A stretch of 64,000 bases of DNA from Octopus vulgaris (GCA_951406725.2 OX597817.1:86056001-86120000), one strand, 5' to 3'; shown: positions 40,800 to 54,449, counted from the stretch's first letter. Program-made: numbers and translations. Notes: generated by a model not told the origin, from the letters alone.

Positions 40800-43530
40800 A
40801 ATTTCTTTTATTTGCCATCATGGTGAAAGACAAGGGAGACAATATAAAAGACAGATATAAAGAGTGGGGGTTTACATATAGTGAAATGATTATTTATAAA
40901 CATGATATACAATAAAACTATGTATACTGTTGTATACATAGTATACAACAGTAAAAGCAAAAAAGTGGAGAGGATGAGTGAAGTGGTCCTCCTGATACAG
41001 GAGGACCTCTAGGAATAATCAAGGAACCCCACAGTCCAAGATCTCTCAGAACAAGAAGGCAAGGGCCTCTCCAATTCCTGTTCTCTGATTCACAGGTCTA
41101 TACCTAGAGTGGTACCATCCACTCTTGCTATTTTTGCAACTTTTACCCATCTTTTAATAAATTCACTCATGAACAGCACCTCCACACTCATTTTCCTTTT
41201 CAAGTGAAACATGAAAAAGTTGGGCTTTCAACCTTGTCTACCAAACAACCTCTTATGTCAGAGCCATCAAGCAAAGGAAAATTGCTTTACCTGCCTGGTT
41301 AAAGGAAGGTGACGGAGAAATCACTATGACAGACCACTCTGTCCCACACACAACAGCTGTTTGACATAACTCCTCAGGTCAGCAATGCCTGGACACAGTA
41401 CGGTTTCATCAATGTGCACATACCTCTGACAGCACATCTATGACTGTAGAGTTTATCTCAAACCAGTAGTGCTCCTCAGTAGCACTGCCAGACCAAGACA
41501 TCTGGAAATTATCCATGGTAGTCCCTGACCAGAAAGTTCTCCAGAACAGACTAGCCAGTTTGTTCCCATCGATGCTCTGAGTCTCCCCAAGAATATCATT
41601 GCATTTCTCAACCACTAAATCTCTACATATTGCTAAAGCAAAACATCCACCAGTCCCACTGCTCAACTTGTAGAGGGTTGTGAGTGCTTAACGATATTCT
41701 AGGTGTCAGGTGCACAATCTCAGGCTTTTCTTCACCCAGGACTGCAGCTCTATCAAGAAGATGAGCTGTGGAAAGATGTGCCTCACAAACGGAGTCCACA
41801 CATGTCCAGAAATTGTTGCAGGCAACACAATCTGAGTAAGTGTCTGAACATCAAAGCCATAGCATGTCTAAACTGCCACTCAGAGGGTGCTAATAGCAGA
41901 ATGGCTGCCTGACCATTAGAATGCATTGCTTTCACAAGAAATTAAATAAGAGATGCTCCAATCTGGTTAAGCAGTGACCAAAACAAGCCACAATGGTCAG
42001 GCAATAAATGATGATGGTGACAATGTAGGCATTCACCCCCTCTGCTCAAGCTTTCAGGGAGAGCTTCCTCTCAGCCTGCTTCTGGGTAAGACTATACTCA
42101 CCTTGTTTGTTACCTCATCCCAGTTCTTATCCACCTCATAGTCAGGACTGAACTAGACCCTGAGCAGTTTAATTGGTCTGTCATCTAGCATCCAATGATG
42201 CTTTCCAATGTCATTGATCTATGTCTCAAGGTACCCAGCTGGAAGCCCACCAACTTGTCGGTGTTGATTTTGGCTCCTACAACTGACATATTACTTTAGA
42301 ATGGTGCCAACTGTCTCCACATCATGACAATGATGTCATTCATATATGCTGACACTGCCCTCCTGTGTCCCAGTTTGAACTGTTCCAATTTCTGTAGCAG
42401 TGATTTAAGAGCCAACATGTATAGAAGAGGTGACAGTGGGCAGCCCTGACAGACCAAGCATGCAATGCAAAACACTTCCAATAGGTGGTTGTTTACTTTG
42501 ACCACTGAGCAGGTATCACTGTGCATTGCAGCAATCCAGTTTCTGAAAACGGGCCTGAAACCAGCCACTTTCAGGAGGGCTTCTAAGTAATGACCCTATC
42601 AAATACCTTGGATTGCTCCAAATGATCAGAGCTCTATGGAAGACAGCTTTAGTCCCAGCTATCTCTATGATGTATCGCATAAAGTGGAGGTTATCGTGTA
42701 TAGACTTGTTTGGGATTATGCACATTTGTACTTCCCTGACCAGACTACCATGATCTGTGTGCTTCATGTTCACATTGGCACATCAGGGAAATTCAGTTGA
42801 TGCCTGTCAGACAGCTGGAAGTTTCTGAGCAGGTTTTTGAGGCTTTTGCACTTACTTCTGCTATGTACTAGCACCACACAGTCCTTCCGTGTGTCCAAAA
42901 TACTATTCCAGTCCACCACTAGTATTAAAGTGTGAGACATTGGGGCATAAACAGCCAACAGTCTAAACACACCACTTCACTGCTGCTAACATCCAGGACT
43001 ACCAACATACCATCCAGGCTGAAGAAAATTGCCTGTACTTTGAGCTCTAAGGATTTTCAGAACAGCACTGCTATCTTGCTGTCTGCTCCTGATAGACAAG
43101 ATGAGAATATCTCATAGTCATTGAAAATGAGCACTAGTGCTTGCATGTTAGAAATCTTTGTTTCATTAATTGTGGCTACATTTAATTCGAGTGATCTGAG
43201 GTTGATGAACAAATGAACTTGCTTCCAAGCTGACCTCAAGCCACATACATTCACATACCCCACTCTGAGAAAGCCATATTTATCGGAGAAACAAAAAAGG
43301 GAGGAGTCACTTATCTTGGGTTTTGGGTAGGCCCATTAATTCAGTTTCCACATTTTTAGAAATAGAATAATTGAAGGGTCTTTCCAAAGTCCTTTTGTCT
43401 GGCTTTAATCTAAAAGGCCCAATGTCTGCTGGATATTTTTTTCTAAGTTCCAAATATGTGTTTGTGTCTGTTGTTATTAATTGTCTGCCATAGGGAGTTT
43501 TTGACAGAGGTCTGTTGAAGCCCTCTCCTT
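40800..43530 (-). mobile_element. L1/Tx1-clade LINE, internally deleted and degenerate
   Basis: APE motifs GYVNVCGL...INETK, LLAVYAP, VVDWNSILD and RT motifs IHDNLHFMRYII, QGCPLSPLLY, SAYMNDI. The 3' end abuts (AAT)n at about 40800. Confidence 0.85.
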
Positions 43531-43624
43531 TTGTAAGAATGTTTTAATAATAGTGAAAATACATGCATGTACACACGCACATATATATACATACAAATCT
43601 ATCTATCTATATATGTGTGTGTGT

Positions 43625-44775
43625 CTTGTTTCTATAATTCATCAAAACAAAAGGGATTGAACAAATTACATTATTTTTTGATATGGTCTCTTTGCTTTTT
43701 GATGCATCACTTCTAGTGGTTCATAAGCTTGCTTATTCCATTGGAGAAGAAGGTTTTTGGCTGGTTGCGCAACTATTTATGCACCACATCCTGTGCTTCT
43801 TATCCATGGCAAATCAATGACCTTGTAAATGATTTGGTTTTAATGGTGGGCAGCCATACGTGGGTGTGCATTGTTGTGATTGATTTGACAACAGACCTTG
43901 GCATTTGGTGCAAATTGCTGGTTTCAGATTGATAGTCAACTTTTCAATGTAATATACACTGAACCCCTTTTCCAGGTAATGTCCCAGTATAGGCTCTTTT
44001 GCATCCCCCAAATTGGTTAGTATCACTTTTTCTGTTGGAGGTTTAGTTGTGGATTTCTTTTATACTGGCAATTCTAGGTGTTTCTGCTCCATACGCTGCC
44101 TTTTGGATTCTAACTCAACGTGATGGACCCAGGTATCATCTCCTGTGACTATTCTTTCCAAAAACATACAAAAAGCTTCATCTTCAATGTTGTAGCAGCT
44201 GAGTAAGCCTTGGTATATCCCCACACAATTGTGATTGTGTGCTTCAGTAAGCGTTTTTGGCACCCATTATGCAGACTTCACAGAAGTGAAGCTTGTTGTA
44301 GAAGATTTCATATGCAAAATCATGACTACTTTGCAGAGAACATGCCAGCTCATCGATAATTACTTGTCAGTTCGACAGAACCATCTCTCAAGCTTGTTGA
44401 ATCTTCATGTCAGTCATGGATGTCCTGTTCTTGGTGCTTCATGTTTGTCTGGCCACTTTTAAACTTCTTGATCCTCTCATACACACTCATAGTCAATAGA
44501 GCACTGTCCCTATGCTGTACTGAAAGTCTGCAATGAATTTCAGTCCCTGGAACACCTTCAGAACAGAGAAAGTGGATCACTGACCTCTGTCCTTACTTGA
44601 TGTACACTGCAAGTAGAGCAGCCATATTTACTCTGTAAAGAAAGAAAACTGGATCGATCAAGGCCAAACCATGGTTAGGTCACCAGAAGAGTACCACCTT
44701 TTAGTATGTGAGCGCTGAAGGCAGTGTAGCCAAACTAAAAGAAGTTTTGGCAAAAGATTGATAATTTTTGACTTC
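43625..44775 (-). mobile_element. Mariner-family transposon, decayed
   Basis: ORF 44060-44263 reads MPKTLTE...FLERIVTGDDTWVHHVELESKRQ (WVPxxL and first catalytic D region). The 3' part is similar to mariner C-termini. Confidence 0.8.
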
Positions 44776-45007
44776 TCTTTATACATATATACAAATGTCT
44801 CAAATGTAAATAGACACCCTTAATTATATTATTATACCTGTGCAGATACTACTCACTAGTATGATGACCAAATGGATTAAATCATTAAAAGCTACACAAG
44901 GTATGTCTACAAAATACTAGATTAAATATCTAAATGCACCAAATGACATTATTTTATTTCTAGAATTAACTTCCAAAAATGATGGGTCTATTTACTTTTG
45001 AGATGTC

Positions 45008-45008
<1 letters not shown>

Positions 45009-45065
<57 letters not shown>

Positions 45066-45232
45066 AATATACATATGTATACATACATACACATATGTAT
45101 ACACACACACATAAATACACATATGTATACATACATACACATATGTATACACACACACACATAAATACACATATGTATACATACATACACATAAATACAA
45201 ATATGTATACATATACACATGTACATGCATAT
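45009..45232. repeat. TA/CA microsatellite with ~36-38-bp higher-order units
   Basis: acataaatacacatatgtatacatacatacac repeated about 3 times. Confidence 0.85.
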
Positions 45233-45419
45233 ATTACAAAAACATGTATATTATGTCTATTCATATACATATCTACACAGCCATATTACATAACTCAAAA
45301 TCAAATAGAAATTGTAGTTGTGGCTGAAGTCATGTAGTCTCTCCCCTACCAGCTATACCAAGAACTTGCAGCTTGTGACATATCCTGCCATGATCCATCT
45401 TGTCAAAGGCCTACACAAA

Positions 45420-46400
45420 ATCAAAGTATACCATATCAATGTTTTAATGGTCAAGCAACTGCTTGAAAACCCAGTTATAGTACTGTAAGAGTTGTGTAAG
45501 GCAGCTTCTTCACTGATGGAAACCATGTTGAGTATCGTTCAGCAAGTCATTTTCTTTTAAGAGTGTTATCAGCTTCTTTCTGACAATTTGTTCCATGACA
45601 TTTTATCAGGCCAGCTTGATTTCAAGTTTTGCTTTCTGGAAATTCAAATCAGGTATGGTTTAAGTGTTTCTTACAGAAGTTCATCTATGACCATACATTG
45701 TTTGTTCTATGGTGTTGTGGACCAAGAAAGCTGTTGGCATTACCTTCATGTTATTGAAAAGGTTCATATTATTTGTAAAGCAGAAATCCAACAAATTGTT
45801 ATTACTCTTAGTCCGCTGGAATTTCACCTGTTCCATGAACAACATATTAGAAAGTTCAAGTAATGATCCTGCTTGCTTTGTTCATGCAGTGACATCCTAG
45901 AAGGGATGTAGCCTACAGGCCATTTAACATTTGAGAGGTTGCAGTTACCCAGAAAGAGTATACTTATGTGTTGGTCCAGATTGGTCAATACCTCTTCTAT
46001 GTGTCTGAAGCTATCCTCAAATTTACCATCATGTTTTGAGGCATTTGGTGAAAGATATGATGTGCCTATAACTACATCTTCATATGCTTTATACATATTA
46101 TTAAAGTGTCACAAACTGAGTCTCAGTGTGACGACAGTACTATGGGTGTAACATCTTCACTGATATACATGGCAACTCCTCCATGTCCTCTTTCTCTCCT
46201 CTCAGTATGAAATACAGCATACTCTGGTATGTGAATTTCTAGATCTGCTATGTTAGAAATTAGATGTGTCTCTAGAAGTACCATCAAAATTACTTGATTT
46301 GCAAGCAGCAAAATCTTTCAGTAGAGAATTTTACCCCTGTTACTAAGTTGTAACAGACCTCCAATATTTAGTAAGAATATGGATATGTTTAGATAGGTAT
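45420..46400 (-). mobile_element. LINE (CR1-group) apurinic endonuclease remnant
   Basis: LLETHLISNIADLEIHIPEYAVFHTERRERGHGGVAMYI, YLSPN and ILFLGNCNLSNVKW, which match APE motifs. Confidence 0.75.
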
Positions 46401-46683
46401 CACTTGTATCGCTTGTGGTGGCCTTGTGTACTGATATGCATCATTTTGACTCTGCATTTGTTTCACTATATCAACTGCCATACTATCTTCTGGGCCATGC
46501 TCGAAAAAAACTTGCTGCTCAACAGCTGTAGTTCACACAATCTCTGCATATTACTTTTAAAGGGTTTGTGGTGATTCTTTTTCATATGAGATCTTTTTTT
46601 AACTATTGGTATACTATGAATCCTCAGGTCCAATTTCATTGGTTTTATAATTATACCCCCCACACACACATGTATATTACAAG

Positions 46684-46719
<36 letters not shown>

Positions 46720-47083
46720 TGCACACAGATAGATAGAAACATACATACATATATAGGTATATGAACTGAACTTCTCAGCTGGTTGTCTGGAACACTATCA
46801 ACAGTGTATCAAGTGTTATCAAAGTGTTATCAAAAGTGATGATGATGATGATTCCACCCCAATATCATAAAAAAAAGAGTAGCCATATCATCTAATGTAA
46901 TCCTAAGGATTCATCATCATCATCATCATCATTTAACGTCCGCTTTCCATGCTAGCATGGGTTGGACGGTTCAACTGGGGTCTGGGGAGCCCGAAAGCTG
47001 CACCAGTCCAGTCAGATCTGGCAGTGTTTCTACAGCTGGATGCCCTTCCTAACGCCAACCACTCCGAGAGTGTAGTGGGTGAT

Positions 47084-47370
47084 TTTATGTGCCACCGACA
47101 CAGGTGCCAGACGAGGCTGGCAAACGGCCACGCTCGGATGGTGTTTTTTATGTGCCACCGACACAGGTGCCAGACGAGGCTGGCAGACGGCCATGCTCGG
47201 ATGGTGTTTTTATGTGCCACCGACACAGGTGCCAGATGAGGCTGGCAAACGGCCACGATCGGATGGTGTTTGTTACGTGCCCACAGCACGGAGGCCAGTC
47301 GATGCGGTACTGGCTACGGCCACGTTCGGATGGTTTTCTTGTGTGCCACGTGCCACCGGCACTGGTACCA
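47084..47370 (-). repeat. Tandem ~62-bp units inside an RTE 3'UTR
   Basis: Three near-identical units tttatgtgccaccgacacaggtgccagacgaggctggcaaacggccacgctcggatggtgtt, followed by diverged ones. Confidence 0.9.
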
Positions 47371-47654
47371 CAAAGATACAAATTCCATTGATGTTCATCT
47401 ATTTTGATTTGTTTTGATTTTCACTTGCCTCAACAGGTCTTCACAAGTGTCACAAGAAGGAAGGTATGCACAGGTGGACTGACTACGTCCCAGGTAGGGG
47501 CCACAGGTTACGTATATATTTGTACATCCAGACATATACAGTTAAGTAATGCTTTCAATATTTATCCTGTAAAACAAGATCTGTTGTTCAACAGGACATA
47601 TATTTATTTCTTTATTTCCCACAGGGAGCTAAACATAAAGGGAACAAACAAAGA

Positions 47655-47828
47655 AATTAAGTTGATTACATTGACTCCAGTTCATAACTGGTACTTATTT
47701 AACTGACCCCAAAAAGATGAAAGGAGAAATCGACCTCGGCAGAATTTGAACTCAGAACGTAATGGCAGACGAAATACTGCTAGGCATTTTGCCTCGCATG
47801 CTTACGATTCTGCCAGCTCACCACCCTT
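47655..47828 (-). mobile_element. Family A SINE
   Basis: Matches the family A consensus in reverse orientation. Confidence 0.8.
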
Positions 47829-48027
47829 TAACAGGATATATATTAGAATAAAGTTAATTTAATGTTCTTTTGAATCTTGAGGATTTGTTCATACCCTCAA
47901 ACACAATTTTAAGGTGATGCCCTGCTTCCTATCTAAACTAAACTCTCTCAAACAATCCCTCACTATTTTACATCCTGAAATTGTTAGTCAACTTTTCTCT
48001 AGACTAGGGTGTGTGTGTGTGTGTGTG

Positions 48028-48064
<37 letters not shown>

Positions 48065-48178
48065 GAAGGTTGTTTGTTATGGACCGTTTGATGGTTTGAG
48101 TATATTTTTTGTAGAGTATATAATCTACTGATTTAATGTTTTAGAGTGTGCTTCTTTTTTGAGATATAAAACTATCGA

Positions 48179-48232
<54 letters not shown>

Positions 48233-48280
48233 CAGAGAGAGAGAGAGAGGTATTATTTATGTATACACTATCATTAAGTT

Positions 48281-49050
48281 AAAGCGGCGAGCAGGCAAAA
48301 TCATTAGTATGCCGGACAAAATGCTTAGTAACATTTCTTCCGATTTTACTTTCTGAGTTCAAGTACTGCCAGGGTCGACTTTGCCTTTCATCCTTTCGAG
48401 ATCGATAAAATAAGTACCAGTTGAACACTGGGGTCAATGTAGTCGACTTACTCCTCCCCGAAATTGCTAGTCTTGTGACAAAATTATTATTATAATTAAG
48501 GCGGACAAAATGCTTAGCGGCATTTCTTCCGATTTTACGTCCTGAGTTCAAATTCCCCGAAGTTTTGCCTTTCAACTTTTCGGGGTCGATGTAATCGACT
48601 TACCCCTTCTCCGAAATTGCTGGCCTTGCGTCAAAATTATTATTATTATTATAATAAAGGCGGCGAGCTGGCAGAATCGTTAGCGTGCGGGACGGAATGT
48701 TTAGCGGTATTTCGCTCGTCGCTTCGTTCTGAGTTCAAATTTCGCCGAGGTCGACTTTACTTTTCATCCTTTCGGGGTCGATAAAATAAGTATCAGCTGA
48801 ACACTAAGGTCGATGTAATCAACTCATCACCTCGCCCCCAAACTGCTGGAAAAATTTGAAACCATTATTACTATTAGTATTAAGGCAGCGAGCTGGCAGA
48901 ATCGTTAGCAAGCCGGACAAAATGCTTAGCGGTATTCCTTCGGGCTTTGCGATCCGAGTTCAAATTCAGTCGAAGTCGATTTTGCCTTTCATCCTTTCGG
49001 GATTGACGAAATCGACTATCCCCCTCCCCCCTAATTCCAGGCCTTCTACC
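48281..49050 (+). mobile_element. Tandem array of 4 family A SINEs, CpG-rich
   Basis: Units start near 48281, 48498, 48657 and 48882 and are separated by (ATT)n. Confidence 0.88.
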
Positions 49051-50660
49051 CATAGTAGAGAGAATTATTTTTATTTAGCCGCATGAGCATGTGTATCAAA
49101 AATAAGGAGTCACACAGCTTCCTTTAGTTTTATTTTTAATTATTTTAAAGACACTACTTTATGCTGGAATGCTTCTGATGGATTTGCTCGACTACATTTG
49201 GCACCACAAGTGTGCTTATTTCTGGCAGAAGGTGTGTTAGTTCAGTTCGCATAATGGGTGTGGTAACATTGTCTATTAGAGTCAGTGTAATTAGCTGCCA
49301 AGCTGTATTTAGAAAATATTTGTTTATGAATTGTATGTGTATGTAGAAGAGGATTGTGTAGTTTGTATGTGTGCAAATACACACACACACATACATGCGT
49401 ACACACATATACATTACACATTAGAGAGGACATTTATGTATTTCTCCCCCAACTACTTTATATATATATATATATATATCGCCAAGAGAGAGAGAGATAA
49501 TCGAGGCAAAGCAAGTGATGCAGATAAGAAAAGGACGAAATCAGCAACAAAACAAAGCAAGTGAAAGAAAGGAGTGAAATCAGATATTGAGAAATGAATC
49601 ACACAAAAAACAGAAGAGATGTGGCTCTGAGCTGTTGTGTCGAGTGTCTAATTCCTGACACATTCATAGCCATCACATCTAAAGACACATTTTCATAAAT
49701 TTACCACCTTTTTCGTCACGGATGCTCATTTGAATGTTGCTGTAACAACAATTGCTAAGATATTTTTTAAAATTTTCTTCGGCAAAAAAAAAGTAAATAA
49801 ATAAATAGAATAAAGAGAGAAAGAAGTAAAACAAGAACATTAATATGTTAATCGGAAACCACATCTTATAAGTAAACAGAAAATTGTTCTATATTAAGAA
49901 CATATTAATACATATATCGTGATTTAGTTAAATCGGGTTAAGATTCGCATCTAATTTTTTTCCTTGTCTGGCCGAATCCAGCGTGTTATTTTTAATTAAT
50001 GATGTTAAGATGTAAAAAGAAAAAGAAAAAAAAAAAGAGAGAGAGAGAGTGAGAGAGAAACTACAACAGAAACTAACTGGTAAATGAATTAGAAAAATAG
50101 GTTAGGAAATTCATGAGGAAACGTAGAGAAGACATCCGGAAAATGAAGCTAATATAAAAATATAAAAAAGTGGGGGAAAAAAAGAGGAAATAGATAAAGG
50201 AGATAAATGTAATCATGGGATTGGGAATAAGAGGCAAATATATTAGAGGATAGTTTGGAAATAGGCAAAAACGCGTAGGCGACAGTGCAATCTGGAAGTG
50301 CATGTGCCATAGTCTGATAGATGCACATGCACTTACTCATGCAATCATGTATCACTGTATGTAAACATGTGTGCGAGTACGAAGTAAGTGTTCATTATTA
50401 TACAGTAGCAAGTGAACAGCCATATGTGGTGGTGAAGAGCGGGTTTCAATTGATTCAGCCCAGACCATAGCAGCGAGTAAAAAGATAGGTGGTCCTAAAG
50501 TGGGGGACTGAATTCGATGTATGCGTGTGAGCGAGAGAGATACTGATCCTCCCACTCTGCGATCATCTCAATAATGTGTGTCTGTACGCAGGTTTTAAGA
50601 TAACCTAACAATTTACATCAATGTAAATATAAAAACATGAAACATGATAGTACAATCAGT

Positions 50661-50696
<36 letters not shown>

Positions 50697-51612
50697 TGTG
50701 TGTGTGTGTGTGTAGCATATATGTACATATATATGTATATGGTATGCGCGTGTGTGTGCGCGCCTTGAAAATAATAACGATAGATTTTAAGGAGAGAGTA
50801 AGCTGTGGAGGAGGAGACAGTTGGACCGATATAAGAAATATTAAAACGAATCCACTTCTGGTGATGAAATTGGTCATCGGAAGATGAAGAGATTTTGAAT
50901 GAATAAAAAGAGAAAGAAACAACAATATCCACAAAGCTGACAATGAAAAAACAAAGAACTAAACAGGTTCGACATGAGGGAAGGAAAAACCACACATAAT
51001 TAATGTTTTTCTCTCATCGAAGACTTAAAGACTGTAACAGCGTTGCTTTTCACTAAATAACAAAAGCAAAACTGAAACAAAATATTCATAATTTCTTATA
51101 TATAAATGGCTTAAGGTTGAGACAGAAATAGAAAATGTAATATAAGAAAGCTCGATCACAACAGTTAGGAATGTTTGTTGTTTGAGGAGATGAGAAACAG
51201 AAGGGATTATAAAATTCCTCAAAGATGAAATGGGAGCTACTTAATGCAAACCGCACTAAACGATGTTTTACTGTTCAGGTTTACTATATCATTGAGAATT
51301 AATAACCTAATCGCGTTTTTAACGACAAAAGGCGATTTCCTTCTCATTTTTCTCTACCATACAGTTTTCTGATAGAAAAAAGTTGTATATTTGCATCCGT
51401 TTGAATAAAGTGTCAGTGGAAAAAAGGTGTATTTCTATATTATTAAAGAAATGAAATGAAAAATGATTTTGTTGAGAAAACAATAAATGAATCGTTGATG
51501 TAAATAAGATGATTACGAAGAACAAAGTGTTTGTCATGTTCAAATTTATAATCGCTTTTCATAACACCAAAGTAATTAATTTAAATGGTTAACATTATGC
51601 AATCAAAAGAGA

Positions 51613-51671
<59 letters not shown>

Positions 51672-51840
51672 GTGTGTGTGTGTGTGTATTCTATTTAGAA
51701 GAAAAAATGTAGAAAGAAGACCCACTAAGCGAGTTTTGTATTTAAAGAAGAGATTGGAATCAACATAAAATGTTAATTATGAAAATATGTACAAAGAAAA
51801 TGGTAAAAATAAGGTTCCAACGCAATAAATATTTACTCAC

Positions 51841-51959
51841 CTCTAGGGTTTAATTAGGAAGTAAACATGTTAGTCATGCACAAGCCCCAACTAAGCGGTA
51901 CTTCCTTCCCCCAAGATGCTCACTGCCTGGGCAAATTGTCGGCTGGCGTAGTTTCGTAT
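51841..51959 (-). other. Candidate non-coding 5'UTR exon of the SHIP gene
   Basis: Unique, relatively GC-rich sequence ending in a consensus donor GAG|GTGAGT at 51840-51835, with a possible acceptor ctgtttag at 51962-51960. Coding exon 1 begins at a splice acceptor, so an upstream exon must exist. The 5' boundary is uncertain. Confidence 0.55.
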
Positions 51960-52301
51960 CTAAACAGAGCTTCAAATAAGGAGAAACTGAAACTAGAGGA
52001 GATTTTTCGATGAAAAACAAGGAAATAAAACAGAAAAATCATGTGTAATTATCTGTTCAACAATGAATAAAATTAAAAGCATTTTTCACTAATTTATTTT
52101 TAGAGAAAGAGTAAGAAATATTAAATTAGAAAAACTTAGAAACTGTGATGCCTGACATTAATTAACAGCGAAAAGAAAGGCATCATAGAAAAGAAATCAA
52201 CTTTTAACTGAAAAAAAAAATTGGAGAACGGAAAATATTTCTAAGGGGAAACAGAGGGGTAAAGATATTCGAATGAATTCATTTGCATCATTTTTAATAG
52301 G

Positions 52302-52348
<47 letters not shown>

Positions 52349-52361
52349 ATGTATACAGACG

Positions 52362-52393
<32 letters not shown>

Positions 52394-52465
52394 GATATAT
52401 ATGTCTGTGTGTATGTGTATATCTATATTTATATATATGTCTACACATATATATATATTTATATC

Positions 52466-52505
<40 letters not shown>

Positions 52506-52560
52506 TATATATATGTATATCTTTATATCTATATATATATATGTATATCTTTATATCTAT

Positions 52561-52634
<74 letters not shown>

Positions 52635-53050
52635 ATATAAGAGACAGAGAGATTTACCCAATTGTTTAATGTACAACACTTCTTTCCATAATGCAACTAT
52701 TTATATAATTTATAATCTCTTTCAATTTGAATGATTCTTGCTATTTATATTCCTCCCCTTCGTCAAATCCCACTCCTTGCTCTTATTTCCTTTCTGTCTC
52801 ATCCCTCAACCTCCGTCGCATGTTTTTCACTTTCTCTTTCTTCCTCGCATTTTAAAAAATCTTTACACTTCCCCTATTATTAGCAAGCTTATATATATAC
52901 ATATATATGCATTGATTAATATGTAATAATTTATTTAAGATTTTAATGGACCGACTTGAAACGGACATTTTGAAGAAGAGTTTCCTCTGCTGCCAGTTTG
53001 CCCATAGTTGTCGACTTCATACAGAGCTAGCCACATGATAACAGACAGTG
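51960..53050. promoter_or_regulatory. Putative shared (bidirectional) promoter region between SHIP and ATG16L1
   Basis: About 1.1 kb between divergent first exons. No recognisable transposons, CpG locally retained, and a (TA)n/(TG)n tract at about 52306-52637. Transcription start sites cannot be read from sequence. Confidence 0.5.
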
Positions 53051-53153
53051 ATGGCGTCTAATAGTGGCGTGGGGTGGAGAGGAGAAATTTGGGCTCATCT
53101 TCGCGGGCGGAATAAGCGACAAGCTCAAAATTTTTCCAGTCTTATTCAATCTC
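53051..53153 (+). CDS. ATG16L1: Autophagy-related protein 16-like (ATG16L1), coding exon 1, ATG5-binding helix
   Basis: ATG in strong context (gtgATGg). Encodes MASNSGVGWRGEIWAHLRGRNKRQAQNFSSLIQS, with the W-x3-I-x3-L-x2-R-x3-Q ATG5-interacting pattern of human WKRHISEQLRRRDRLQ. Donor C|GTGAGT, phase 1. Absent from the ORF track. Confidence 0.9.
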
Positions 53154-53325
53154 GTGAGTAACATTAAGTATGTTGACTTTTTATCCAAAATGCTTGTGTT
53201 ACTTTAAAAGCATCAAGATTCTAAAATAAAAAATCTTGGTGTCTTGTTGCTTCAACATACAACGAAATAATCCTTGACAGAAAGAAAACTTAGGATGTTT
53301 TTCCCTTATTTTTGGTATCTTTCGT

Positions 53326-53374
<49 letters not shown>

Positions 53375-54449
53375 GCACTTGATTTATTCTATTGTATTTA
53401 TTTTGTAAGGCTGTTTTCATTTCCACTGTTATTTCATCAAAGGTATTTTCCTTCAGTGTTTACTGGCGGGTTCTTAATATTGTGTGATTACCCATGAAAA
53501 TAAACTTCTTTCCTCGCCTTAAATAAAGTGATTTTCCCCATTAATACTTCAAAAGACATTACTGATATATATCTTTCAACATTTTCTTACGTGCAACTGT
53601 TCCCTCCCATAACGTGCATATTGCATAACTTTAGACAGTTTACATTTTCTACTTCAGAAATGATTGCATTAGATATTCGGATACCTAATATTTAATTAAT
53701 GCATTGTCAAATAATAATTTCTCCCAACATCTTACATTATAATTTTCTTTTTCTTTAAAGTTGATTAAAATAAGATTTCTTATTCAACTTAAATATTAAT
53801 TCAATATTTACTGTTCAATACAAAAGTGACTTAGAGATGACTTTTCCCCCTTTTAATTGACTAATAAATATTTTGTCGACTCGTATGTTCGCAATATTGT
53901 ATTTATTTTCTCGTAAAACTTCAGCAGAACTTTATTTAACCATATTACCTGTATTTTTCTTTGCTAGTACAAACTGGGTGTTAGCTTAATATTGTTAAAA
54001 ATGTATATTTTGTTTTTCACGATCACAACGTAGTCTTGAAATAGGAATTAAGTTCTCAACTTTGACAGTAATGATTACAAATGCACTTGAAACATTAATT
54101 ATACATCTCTTAAATAAGGCACATGAATCTCTTTAAATGGATTAATTGATGAAATAAATCTGTCAGTAATTTTTTTCCAAGTTAGCTAAACACTAATTCA
54201 ACCTATTTGTAGAATGTGACTTCTAGTAAACCCTCTATTGCATGAAATTATCCACAATTGTCTTGTATCCAAATATCATACTCATTCTGGACTCTGATCA
54301 TTTTAGCCTGTTGTTCATAAAAGCTCACCATTTCTGAACTCTTCAATTCAGTGATCATTACTAGTTTAATAACGTCAGATTATCTGTAGTATTAATTTCT
54401 CTCAATCTCAATCTTACCCCTTTATTTTGTTTTCAGGTTTTCCTTGATT

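Noticed and set aside
47084-47370. CRISPR-like appearance of regularly spaced repeats (also the SINE array at 4550-6214)
   Set aside because: Whole units repeat with no unique spacers, there are no cas genes, and the context is a eukaryotic retroelement.
48657-48750. tRNA-like A/B boxes
   Set aside because: These are SINE heads. No complete cloverleaf or acceptor stem, and each continues into a SINE body.
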